From Candidatus Omnitrophota bacterium (GTDB taxonomy: Bacteria; Ratteibacteria; UBA8468; MWAK01), in the NCBI GenBank assembly GCA_043826355.1, contig JBDRQI010000011.1:32001-96000 (forward strand): a DNA stretch of 64,000 bases, in the 5' to 3' direction. Shown here in pieces: positions 36,054 to 44,397 of this stretch (positions are counted from its first letter, which is position 1; the number at the start of each line of letters is the position of its first letter). The position numbers were made by a program, and so were the translations under genes. The notes below the pieces were generated by a model, which was not told where the DNA came from, ran no database searches, and was given only the letters and a program-made list of their open reading frames with translations.

Positions 36054-37562
36054 TCACTTGATTCTGGGAAAGAGGGGAGGGGCCTCGGTTACGATTGCGC
36101 CCGGCTTCGTAAGACCCCAGGTCAACGCTTCCTTTCCAGCCGGCAGGTCCGTCAACCCCAATTGTTGGCGGATAAGCACCGCGGTGCGGGGCAGGACCGG
36201 TTCCAGATAGATGCTTAAAATACGGCTTGTTTCGGTCAGATTGTAAAGGACCGAACCGGAATTGGGGCCCTTTCGCCAGGGCGATTCCTCGTCCAGATAG
36301 TGGTTTCCGGCGCTGATAACTTCACGCAAAGTTTCCAGGAAACCGAAAAAATCAAGGCTTTCCATTTTAGGCGCCAGCGCCGGAAAAAGTTCCGCTGTTT
36401 TCCGGGCCAGAATTCCGCCGTCGCCGGGAGGCGGAACCTTGCCTCCAAAATTTGTTCGCATCAGGTGGTTGAAGCGGTGGACGAGATTTCCCAGGTCATT
36501 GGCCAAGTCGCTGTTGTATCGTTTTCGAAAAGCTTCTTCCGTAAAGTTTCCGTCCATCCCGAAAGGCACTTCTGCCAGGAGAAAATAACGGAGCGCTTCG
36601 GAACCGTATCTGCGGCAGAAATCAAACGGTTCCACCACGTTGCCTTTCGATTTACTCATCTTTTCGTTGCCGGAAAGCCACCAGCCGTGAGCAAAAACTT
36701 TCTTGGGAAGCGGCAGGTTGAGCGCCATTAGAATTGCGGGCCAGATGATGTGGTGAAAGCGGATGATATCCTTGCCGACCAGTTGAACGTCAGGCGGCCA
36801 GAAACGCTTGAAAGATTTACTCTGGTCTGCTCCGGCCGGAGAAAGCGGGTTATAGTTGACGCCGGAAAGATAGTTGAGCAGGGCGTCAAACCAGACGTAA
36901 ATGGTAAGCCCGGAACCGGCAACACCCTTCGGCAGCGGCACTCCCCAGCGGCAGCGCCGGGTCAGAGAAAGGTCCGGCAGGGGGTCGGAGAGCATGTTGG
37001 TTACCTCATCGCGAATGCGTTCCGGCTGGATAAATTCCGGGTTTTTCAGAAAGTGTTCTTTAATCCTTTCCTGGTAACGGGAGAGCCGGAAGAAATAGGT
37101 TTCTTCGGATAGTTTTTCGGTGGGACGGCCGCAGTCCGCGCAGTCTATTCCTTCGGCCGGGACGAGATAACGTTCGCAGGGTACGCAGTAATGGCCTTCG
37201 TAAACGCCGGGGTAGATGTCGCCGTTGCGTTGCAGGGCGGAAAAGATTGATTGGATAGTTTTTTGGTGTTCCGTTTCGGTGGTCCGGATAAAACGGTCGA
37301 ACTTAATTTCCAGCAACTTCCATAAATCAAGGTAGCGCCCAACGGTTTGGTCCACCAATTCCCCGGGGGAAAGGCCGGCCTGGTCCGCGGCCGCGGCAAC
37401 CTTGCTGCCGTGTTCGTCGGCGCCGGTGAGGAAGAAGACCTCTTTTCCCAGAAATCTTTCCCACCGGGCCAGGACATCGGCTGCCACCGTGGTGTAAACA
37501 TGCCCGACGTGCGGCCGGGCGTTAACATAATAAATTGGAGTGGTCAGGTAATATTTATCCAT
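36054..37562 (-). CDS. metG: Methionine--tRNA ligase (short form)
   Basis: TTPIYYVN..PHVGH, YVWFDAL, GKDI.RFH, KMSKS. Confidence 0.96.
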   Translation of the reverse strand: MDKYYLTTPIYYVNARPHVGHVYTTVAADVLARWERFLGKEVFFLTGADEHGSKVAAAADQAGLSPGELVDQTVGRYLDLWKLLEIKFDRFIRTTETEHQKTIQSIFSALQRNGDIYPGVYEGHYCVPCERYLVPAEGIDCADCGRPTEKLSEETYFFRLSRYQERIKEHFLKNPEFIQPERIRDEVTNMLSDPLPDLSLTRRCRWGVPLPKGVAGSGLTIYVWFDALLNYLSGVNYNPLSPAGADQSKSFKRFWPPDVQLVGKDIIRFHHIIWPAILMALNLPLPKKVFAHGWWLSGNEKMSKSKGNVVEPFDFCRRYGSEALRYFLLAEVPFGMDGNFTEEAFRKRYNSDLANDLGNLVHRFNHLMRTNFGGKVPPPGDGGILARKTAELFPALAPKMESLDFFGFLETLREVISAGNHYLDEESPWRKGPNSGSVLYNLTETSRILSIYLEPVLPRTAVLIRQQLGLTDLPAGKEALTWGLTKPGAIVTEAPPLFPRIK

Positions 37563-38316
37563 CCGTTTCCGTTTTTACCGGTTCTTTTTCGCCTTCCGCT
37601 GTAACCTCAGGCAGAATTTCCAGGGCGCAACAGGGTTTTTTATCCGGACAAGATTTTTTGTCGCAACAGGGTTTTTTATCCGGGTTTTCATAGGCCAGAC
37701 AACACATCAGCCGGCCGCAAAGACCGGAGACCTTGCCGGTGTCCAACGGGAGGTTTTGTTCTTTTACCATCCGGATGGTAATCGGCTTAAATTCACGCAA
37801 AAATAGGGAACAGCAGAGTTGGCGGCCGCAGACTCCGTACCCGCCCAGCATCCGCGCTTCGTCGCGGCGTCCCACCTGCCGCATTTCAATCCGGCAGTTG
37901 AAGGTTTTTGCCAGTTCCCGGACCAGGTCCCGGAAATCAATTCGTTCTTCGGCATAGTAATAAAAAGTAACTACTGCCCGGCTGAATGAATACTCCGCAT
38001 CAAGCAGTTTCATGTTCTTAATCTTTTTTTCGGCGATCTTTTCCGAACAGATGCGAAAGGCCTCTTCATCGTGGCGGTAATTTTCTTCAATCTGCGCCAC
38101 ATCTTCCGGGGTTACCTTGCGGATAATCCGGGAAAGGTGTTCTTGATTCAGCCCGGCCGGGAGTTCGGCCAGGATGGAGAGTACGGTTCCGTAGTCGGAA
38201 CTGCTTTTAGGCGATTCGATAATCACGTAGTCACCCGGGATGAGTTCCAGGTCATCCGGTCCGGAAAAAACCTCCACCTTATCCAGGCGGCGAATCCGCA
38301 ATTCTATAATTTTCAT
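37555..38316 (-). CDS. ricT: PSP1-domain protein RicT/YaaT
   Basis: RIDFRDLVRELA, RIEMRQVG.RDEA, CGRQLCC, SGLCGRLMCCL.YE. Confidence 0.9.
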   Translation of the reverse strand: MKIIELRIRRLDKVEVFSGPDDLELIPGDYVIIESPKSSSDYGTVLSILAELPAGLNQEHLSRIIRKVTPEDVAQIEENYRHDEEAFRICSEKIAEKKIKNMKLLDAEYSFSRAVVTFYYYAEERIDFRDLVRELAKTFNCRIEMRQVGRRDEARMLGGYGVCGRQLCCSLFLREFKPITIRMVKEQNLPLDTGKVSGLCGRLMCCLAYENPDKKPCCDKKSCPDKKPCCALEILPEVTAEGEKEPVKTETDG

Positions 38317-38317
38317 C

Positions 38318-40126
38318 TTATTTTACTTTTTGCCGGTACTTTTTGTTGGTTGGGTAAAGAAAAACCGCATCTTTAAAAGATTGTTCGGCCAGAAGGGCCC
38401 AGCGTTGGTCGCCGGTTATTTCGGCAACGCTTTCCGCCGACAATCCCAGCCGAAACCGGAAACCGGCCGAATACGGTTCCACTTTGCAGGCTTTTTGGTA
38501 CGCGTATGCCGATTCCTGGAAATAAGTCTGATTCCTGCCAATTTCCCCGGCTTGGTAAAAGAGCGCGCCCAGTTGCGCGTAGTAGGCCGGATTTTTCGGG
38601 TTAATCTCAATCGCTTTGTTCAGAAGCGCTAAACCCTGGCTGCCGTTACCGGCTGAAAGCAGAGCAAGGCCGTTTTGGAAAATTTTTTCGGCCCGGTGAA
38701 TTTTTACCTGGTAAAAACCGGCTGTCAAAAATACTAATATTATAAGCCCTGCTGTAATTCGGGTCAAACTCCGGCGCCGGTGTTCGTTTTCCTGGTTAAC
38801 CGGGACCGCGATGGTTTTTAGAGGAATAAGCGCCGGCAGGACGAAAAGATAAGTAGCCAGGGAAGGGTCGGCCCAATCAAAGTCTATCTGGCTGTGGAGA
38901 GAAAGCGCCAGGATTCCCCAGAAAATTCCTTTCTGTAAAACGGTAACCGCTCCTTTCCAGGATTTCTGCAGCAACAGAATCCAAAACCAGAGAAAGGTTA
39001 TGATGCCCAACAAACCCTCTTCGGCCAGAATCTCAAAGAAGATACTGTGGCTGTGCTGTGTCTCCATGGCGGCCGGGATCTTAAAACGGGCATAATGGAT
39101 ACCAAAACTGCCTGGTCCGAAACCCAAAACCGGTCGTTGTTTGAATATCTCCAGGGAACTTGCCCAGTAAAAGAACCGGTCCCGCAGGGAAAGAATGTGG
39201 GGGATCATCTTCAAAGAATTAAAAACCAGAAAGAAAAGCAGAAATCCGCCAAACAGGATGAGGTGCGGAGAATATTTTCGGGCCAGGCGCCGCCCGCGGT
39301 TTTTGATTTCCGGCAACAAAATCCGCTTTGACCAGATGTTCGCCAGCCACAGCAGGCAGACCAGAAAAAGTATCATCAAACCGCCGGTGGACTTTGTCAG
39401 CAGAAGGGCGACTCCAAAAAGCAGGGTTAATAGAAGTCCGGGCAGGTTTAAATGCCCCCTCACCTTTAATCTTCTCCCCTGCGGGGAGAGGGAAGGGTGA
39501 GGAGAGAGGATAAGCGCAAAACTCACGGGGATGAGCGTAATAAGAAAAGCGGCAAAAATGTTGGGGTAAACAAAGGTGGAAAAAGCGCGTCCGCTGGTAA
39601 GACGGGACATCATATCCGGCGGTATCTTATCCAGCATCTGTTGCTGTGTTATGTAGTTGAGCGTATCCTTGAACCCCCAGAAATATTGCTGAATGCCGTA
39701 AAGGCTGACCAGCGCGGCAGTAATTAAAATAATGATTAAAACTAATAATCGACTGTCAACTTCTTTTCTCTTAACCTTTTTCCCGTCGGGGAGAGGGGAG
39801 GGTGAGGGGGAGGAAATTACCTGGAAAAGGAGGAAAAAGAGGCTGAAATAATAAAGGTATTGCAGGAAAACAACCTGGCCGCGGTGGGGAGAGGCGGAAT
39901 CGAGCAGGCTGGCAAATGTAACGAGCAAAAAACTGAGACCGGGCAATTCCAGCCCGGTTATCCGGTAAGCGGCTTTTCCGGCTAAAACCAGGATGCAGTA
40001 AAGAACCGCTGCTCCGAGTACGGAGAGCTGAAAGAGATTTTGGGCGGCCGAATGGGTGAGCCCGTCGCTGAAGGGCCGGATGAGGAGCAGGACCGCGAAA
40101 AAAAAGAGAAAGAAACGTTTTATCAT
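38318..40126 (-). CDS. O-antigen ligase-like membrane protein with C-terminal TPR
   Basis: STFVYPN.FA, TKSTGG, R..YW, GFGPGSF, HSHS..FE.LAE.G; TPR AIEINPKN; start uncertain. Confidence 0.8.
   Translation of the reverse strand: MIKRFFLFFFAVLLLIRPFSDGLTHSAAQNLFQLSVLGAAVLYCILVLAGKAAYRITGLELPGLSFLLVTFASLLDSASPHRGQVVFLQYLYYFSLFFLLFQVISSPSPSPLPDGKKVKRKEVDSRLLVLIIILITAALVSLYGIQQYFWGFKDTLNYITQQQMLDKIPPDMMSRLTSGRAFSTFVYPNIFAAFLITLIPVSFALILSPHPSLSPQGRRLKVRGHLNLPGLLLTLLFGVALLLTKSTGGLMILFLVCLLWLANIWSKRILLPEIKNRGRRLARKYSPHLILFGGFLLFFLVFNSLKMIPHILSLRDRFFYWASSLEIFKQRPVLGFGPGSFGIHYARFKIPAAMETQHSHSIFFEILAEEGLLGIITFLWFWILLLQKSWKGAVTVLQKGIFWGILALSLHSQIDFDWADPSLATYLFVLPALIPLKTIAVPVNQENEHRRRSLTRITAGLIILVFLTAGFYQVKIHRAEKIFQNGLALLSAGNGSQGLALLNKAIEINPKNPAYYAQLGALFYQAGEIGRNQTYFQESAYAYQKACKVEPYSAGFRFRLGLSAESVAEITGDQRWALLAEQSFKDAVFLYPTNKKYRQKVK
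39455..39503. repeat. Family D palindrome in-frame in O-antigen ligase
   Basis: CCCTCACC..TCTCCCCTGCGGGGAGAGGGAAGGGTGAGG = SPHPSLSPQGRRLKVRG. Confidence 0.85.
39761..39813. repeat. Degenerate family D palindrome in-frame in O-antigen ligase
   Basis: TCCCGTCGGGGAGAGGGGAGGGTGAGGGGG = SPSPSPLPDGKK. Confidence 0.7.
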
Positions 40127-40191
40127 AAATTTTAGGTTACAAAAAATATTTGTCATCTATGAAAGGACTACGTCAAGCTAAGTAAATCCGA

Positions 40192-40264
40192 TGTCATTCT
40201 GAGCCGACCTTGCGAAGAATCCCGCAGTTAAAAGAGAGATCCTTCGCTATCGCTCAGGATGACA
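40192..40264. repeat. Family A element overlapping pyrD stop
   Basis: TGTCATTCTGAG..GAAGAATC..GATCCTTCG..CTCAGGATGACA. Confidence 0.85.
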
Positions 40265-41128
40265 GCATCCCACATATTTTTTTATGGCAGTCAGGATTTT
40301 TTTGTAGGCGTCCGGTTGAAAAAAGTTAACGGTGCCCAGCCCGACCGCATTGGCGCCGGCCAGAAGCATGGATACGGCGCCTGGACCGTCAAAGACGCCG
40401 CCGGAACCAAGAATTGGAAGGCGGGTTGCCTGCCGCGCTCTAAATACAAGATAGAGGGAAAGAGGCAGGATTGCCGGTCCGGAAAGGCCGCCGGTTACTC
40501 CGCCCAGAACCGGTTTTCTTTTCCGGACGTCAAAAACGATGGCCGGAAAGGTGTTGGCGATGGTCAATCCGTCGCTGCCGGCTTCTTCGGCTGCTTTAAC
40601 CAGGATTTCAATCCGGAAGAGGTCCGGCGGCAATTTGGCCAGGACAGGCATCTTTACGGATCGGCGCACCGTTTTTATCCTTTCATGCAGGCCAGCCGGT
40701 GAAACCGGATTAAGTGCGCCACCGGAAAGATTGGGGCAGGAAAGATTAAGTTCCAGCCCGGCCAGGGGTGTTTCTTCCAGTTCTTTCGCCATGCGCGCCA
40801 GCTCTCTTTTATTTCCGGCGATGCTGGCCAGAACCGGCAGGGGCAAATTTTTAGCGTAAGGTACCACGTTTTTAATGAATGCTTTTAAGCCGGGGTTTTC
40901 CAGTCCGATGGAATTAACCAGTCCGGAAGCCGTTTCTGCAGTTCGGGGGGGCGGATTACCTTCCCGGGGAAGAAGGGTTATTGTTTTACAAATGAGTCCG
41001 CCGAGCCGGGAAAGGTCGATTATTTCGCTCAATTCTTTACCGTATCCTGCGGTCCCGGAAAGAAGAACCAGCGGGTTGCGCAGTTTAATGCCGGCAAAGT
41101 TCGGTTCTGCTTTAAACGGATTGGACAT
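40247..41128 (-). CDS. pyrD: Dihydroorotate dehydrogenase B, catalytic subunit
   Basis: GNPPPR, NSIGLENPG, ELNLSCPN, GGLSGPAI. Confidence 0.93.
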   Translation of the reverse strand: MSNPFKAEPNFAGIKLRNPLVLLSGTAGYGKELSEIIDLSRLGGLICKTITLLPREGNPPPRTAETASGLVNSIGLENPGLKAFIKNVVPYAKNLPLPVLASIAGNKRELARMAKELEETPLAGLELNLSCPNLSGGALNPVSPAGLHERIKTVRRSVKMPVLAKLPPDLFRIEILVKAAEEAGSDGLTIANTFPAIVFDVRKRKPVLGGVTGGLSGPAILPLSLYLVFRARQATRLPILGSGGVFDGPGAVSMLLAGANAVGLGTVNFFQPDAYKKILTAIKKYVGCCHPER

Positions 41129-41903
41129 CTTTTTCCCAGAGAATCTCTTCGGCCGGGAAGACCGGTCCGTCAACACAGGCCAGGCGGTAGCCGTTTTTGG
41201 TTGCTACCGCACAACCGCGGCAAAGGCCGATTCCGCAGGCCATCATTGTTTCCATGGAAATATAGGCTGGCCAACCGTGCTTTTTCGCGATTTTAGCTGC
41301 GGCTGTCAGCATCGGATTTGGCCCGCAGGCGTAAAGAATGCCTTTTTCTGACCGGTTCTTAATTTTTCGGCTGAGGAGCGAAGTGGCCAAACCGTTAAAT
41401 CCAAAAGAGCCGTCTTCGGTGGCGCAGCAAGTCGGGATATCTAAATTCTGAAAATCACGAAGGAAGAAGAGGCCTTTTTTGGTTTTGCACCCTAAAATGA
41501 CAACCGGCTTTTCGTTTTTTGAATCGACCGACAGGGTTTTAGCCAGAAACAAGAGACCGGCTGCGCCCAACCCTCCGGCCAGGATTATTTTGGGACCCGG
41601 TAAGATTGGATAAGGTTTACCCAGCGGACCTAGGAAAGATATCCGGTCGTTGATTTGCAGGTGGCTGAGGCGGGCGGTGCCCTTTCCCTTCACCTGATAA
41701 AAAATGGTTGCCTTGTTTCGGGAAAGACCGGCGACGGAAAAAGGTCTCCGCAGAAGCGGGTCGGTTGTTTTTGACTCAATTTGAACCTGCAGAAATTGAC
41801 CCGGCTGCGCTTGAAAATGTTTCGGAACTTCTATCACAATTTTGTAATAGGACGGAGAAGCGATTTTATAATTTTCTCTGATTTTGCCGGTTTCCAGAGT
41901 CAT
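41112..41903 (-). CDS. pyrK: Dihydroorotate dehydrogenase electron transfer subunit
   Basis: LLRRPFS, ACGPNPM, MACGIGLCRGC, CVDGPVF. Confidence 0.93.
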   Translation of the reverse strand: MTLETGKIRENYKIASPSYYKIVIEVPKHFQAQPGQFLQVQIESKTTDPLLRRPFSVAGLSRNKATIFYQVKGKGTARLSHLQINDRISFLGPLGKPYPILPGPKIILAGGLGAAGLLFLAKTLSVDSKNEKPVVILGCKTKKGLFFLRDFQNLDIPTCCATEDGSFGFNGLATSLLSRKIKNRSEKGILYACGPNPMLTAAAKIAKKHGWPAYISMETMMACGIGLCRGCAVATKNGYRLACVDGPVFPAEEILWEKDVQSV

Positions 41904-42838
41904 ATTTTTGATACCCGTACCTGGCGGTGGATTTCAAAAATTTTAGCCGGGGGCGCAAAAGAAGTGCCAGGGTAAAGGACCGAAGCGGAACCGGCTGCGA
42001 CACCCATCCGTAACGCATCGGCCAGATTTTTGCCGCGGGAAAGTTCGGCCAGCAGACCGGCCAGGAGAGCATCGCCGGCGCCGATAGTGCTGCGCATTTT
42101 AAGCGCAGGCGGCCGGGCCTGGAATGATTCTTTTTCGGTTACGGCCAGAGCGCCTTCGGAACCAAGAGAAACGATGACTGTTTTTACGCCGCCGGCGATA
42201 ATTTTTTGGGCTGAGCGCAGAATTTCCGGTCTCTTTTTGCTGACTCTTCTTCCGGTTAGCCGGTTTAATTCAAAGAGGTTTGGTTTTATGATATGAGGAG
42301 CGGATTTCAGGCCTTCAGCGAAAAGTTGATTATCGCTGTCCAGGATGATAGTTAGCCCTTTTTTTTTAAGGCAGGAAATAAGAGTGGCATAAAAACCAGC
42401 CGGGATACCGGGTGGCGCACTCCCGCAAATGGCAAAAAGGGAACCTTTCGGGTAGGGATTGGAGAGAACGTATTCTTTAAGACGTTTCAGCTCTTTTCGG
42501 CTAATTTCAGGGCCGGATTCGTTGAATCGGTAAATCCGGCCCGTTTTTCTTTCCAGGATATTGTAAATTGCCCGGCTTTCGCCGTTAATTTTAAGAAAAC
42601 GGCATCTTATCTTTTTTCGCTTCAGGCACGCTTTAATCCATGCTCCGTTTTCACCGGCAATGAAGCCTAAGGCCGTTCCCTTAATTCCAAAGTCTTTTAA
42701 AACGCGTGCGACGTTGATGCCTTTACCGCCCACGTCTTTCCGGATTGCTGCCAATCGATTAATGTCTTCCGGAACGATTTTGGAAACCTCCAGGTAGAAA
42801 TCAACGCTTGGATTAGCCGTAAGCGTGAAAATATTCAT
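41900..42838 (-). CDS. 1-phosphofructokinase family hexose kinase
   Basis: TLTANPSVD, GGKGINVARV, IKPNLFEL, STIGAGD. Confidence 0.9.
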   Translation of the reverse strand: MNIFTLTANPSVDFYLEVSKIVPEDINRLAAIRKDVGGKGINVARVLKDFGIKGTALGFIAGENGAWIKACLKRKKIRCRFLKINGESRAIYNILERKTGRIYRFNESGPEISRKELKRLKEYVLSNPYPKGSLFAICGSAPPGIPAGFYATLISCLKKKGLTIILDSDNQLFAEGLKSAPHIIKPNLFELNRLTGRRVSKKRPEILRSAQKIIAGGVKTVIVSLGSEGALAVTEKESFQARPPALKMRSTIGAGDALLAGLLAELSRGKNLADALRMGVAAGSASVLYPGTSFAPPAKIFEIHRQVRVSKI

Positions 42839-43052
42839 TAAATTAACGAGTTTTCGTTTTGCGGATTCTTTTCAAGCGGCGTTGACGACTCGCCGGTTCG
42901 AAAAATTCCCGGCCCTTAATCTCCTGGAGAATTTTTTCCCGTTCTACCTCACGCTTAAAACGCTTGAATATTTTCTCAAAATCTTCGCCAGGCCTGCTTC
43001 TTCGTTTTACTTCTCCAGCCACAATGCTTCACCCCCTTTGATTAAGACGTTC

Positions 43053-43307
43053 TTATATTTTGTCAACCTCGTAAATTTCCTTTTTACAATTGTGGCATAT
43101 TTTTTCCCCGCCGGTATAACCATCTACGAAAAAACAATACCGACAACGAATATTTGTCCGAAATTCATGAGGAACAATGACCGGTTTTTTTTCTTTATTC
43201 TTCTTTTTTTCTTCTTTTTTTCCCTTTTTCGCAGTTTTTTTTACCGGCATAACCGTCTTTTTAACAGTGCTGACCGTTTTTTTCGCTTTACCGGATTTCC
43301 GGGCCAT
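43053..43307 (-). CDS. Small Lys-rich protein with C-terminal CxxC...CxxC
   Basis: GGGGGG RBS-like run and promoter upstream; CRYC...CHNC. Confidence 0.65.
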   Translation of the reverse strand: MARKSGKAKKTVSTVKKTVMPVKKTAKKGKKEEKKKNKEKKPVIVPHEFRTNIRCRYCFFVDGYTGGEKICHNCKKEIYEVDKI

Positions 43308-43373
43308 TAACCCCCCTTTTATGATTTATGATGATTTATGATGTTGGTCCCCTGTTGAATACCTTAACGAATA

Positions 43374-43403
43374 ATTATATCCTAATTTATCTCAGAAAGT
43401 CAA
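43374..43403 (-). promoter_or_regulatory. sigma70-like promoter (leftward)
   Basis: TTGACT-N18-TATAAT. Confidence 0.7.
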
Positions 43404-43405
43404 AT

Positions 43406-43435
43406 TTGACCGTTCGGGCGGCCTTGCGGTAAAAT
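43406..43435 (+). promoter_or_regulatory. sigma70-like promoter (rightward, back-to-back)
   Basis: TTGACC-N18-TAAAAT, 8 nt before ATG. Confidence 0.65.
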
Positions 43436-43443
43436 TCCATATT

Positions 43444-44397
43444 ATGGATACGATTTCAAAAGGAGTGCTTTGTGCGGGTATTGCAGTTGTGGATATAGTG
43501 GTGAAACCGGTAGCCGGTTTGCCGGAAGAGGGAAAACTCCTGTTAGTGGACAAAATTGAACTTCACTGCGGTGGTTGCGCGGTTAATACCGGAATCGGAC
43601 TGGCCCGGCTTGGGGTTAAATCCGGGCTTTCCGGTCGGATAGGCCTGGATGGTTTTGGTAATTTTTTAAAGGAACGTCTGGCTGCGGAAGGGGTTTCTAC
43701 GATTGGTCTGAAGATGGTTCCCGGCGAGCAAACTTCTGCCACCGTCGTAATGGTTTCAACGACCGGCGAACGTTCTTTCCTCCATTCCTTGGGCGCAAAC
43801 CGGAATTACAGCGCCGCGGATTTTGACCTTCAATTATTTTCGGAGTACCGAATCCTGCATCTGGCCGGAATCCTGTTAACCCCTTCCTTTGACGGCGCGC
43901 CGGCTGCTTCTATTATGCGCCAGGCAAAGGAGGCAGGACTGGTTACTTCGCTTGATACCGCCTGGGATTCAACCGGCCGGTGGCTGAAAGCGGTTGGTCC
44001 CATCCTGCCATACACAGACCTCTTTCTTCCAAGCCTTGAGGAGGCCAAGATGCTTTCCGGGTTGAAAAATCCGGAGAAGATTGCTGATTTTTTTCTAAAA
44101 GCAGGCGTAAAAGTGGTAGCGCTGAAGATGGGTTCTGAGGGTTCATATTTCAAGTCAGCACTCGGGGAAAAAGGTTTTGTGCCTATTTGCCAGATTGATG
44201 AGGTGAAAGATACCACCGGCGCCGGCGATGCTTTTGTCGCCGGTTTTCTGACCGGATACCTTCAGGAATGGCCGTTACCGCGGGTGGCCCGGCTGGCTAA
44301 TGCGGTTGGAGCCCTTGCGGCCAGCAAGATGGGAGCCACGGCCGGTATCCGCTCCCTGTCAGAAACGCTCCGTTTTGCCAATATTGACATAGAATGA
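43444..44397 (+). CDS. PfkB-family carbohydrate kinase
   Basis: GGCAVNT..GLARLG, GERSF, DTTGAGDAFVAGF. Confidence 0.92.
   Translation: MDTISKGVLCAGIAVVDIVVKPVAGLPEEGKLLLVDKIELHCGGCAVNTGIGLARLGVKSGLSGRIGLDGFGNFLKERLAAEGVSTIGLKMVPGEQTSATVVMVSTTGERSFLHSLGANRNYSAADFDLQLFSEYRILHLAGILLTPSFDGAPAASIMRQAKEAGLVTSLDTAWDSTGRWLKAVGPILPYTDLFLPSLEEAKMLSGLKNPEKIADFFLKAGVKVVALKMGSEGSYFKSALGEKGFVPICQIDEVKDTTGAGDAFVAGFLTGYLQEWPLPRVARLANAVGALAASKMGATAGIRSLSETLRFANIDIE

Noticed and set aside
42825..43310. 161-aa Phe-rich plus-strand ORF
   Set aside because: Antisense shadow of the Lys-rich gene; no recognisable motif.
43318..43343. Tandem ATGATTTATG repeat in a 5' UTR
   Set aside because: Only about two and a half units and no other array seen; insufficient to call.
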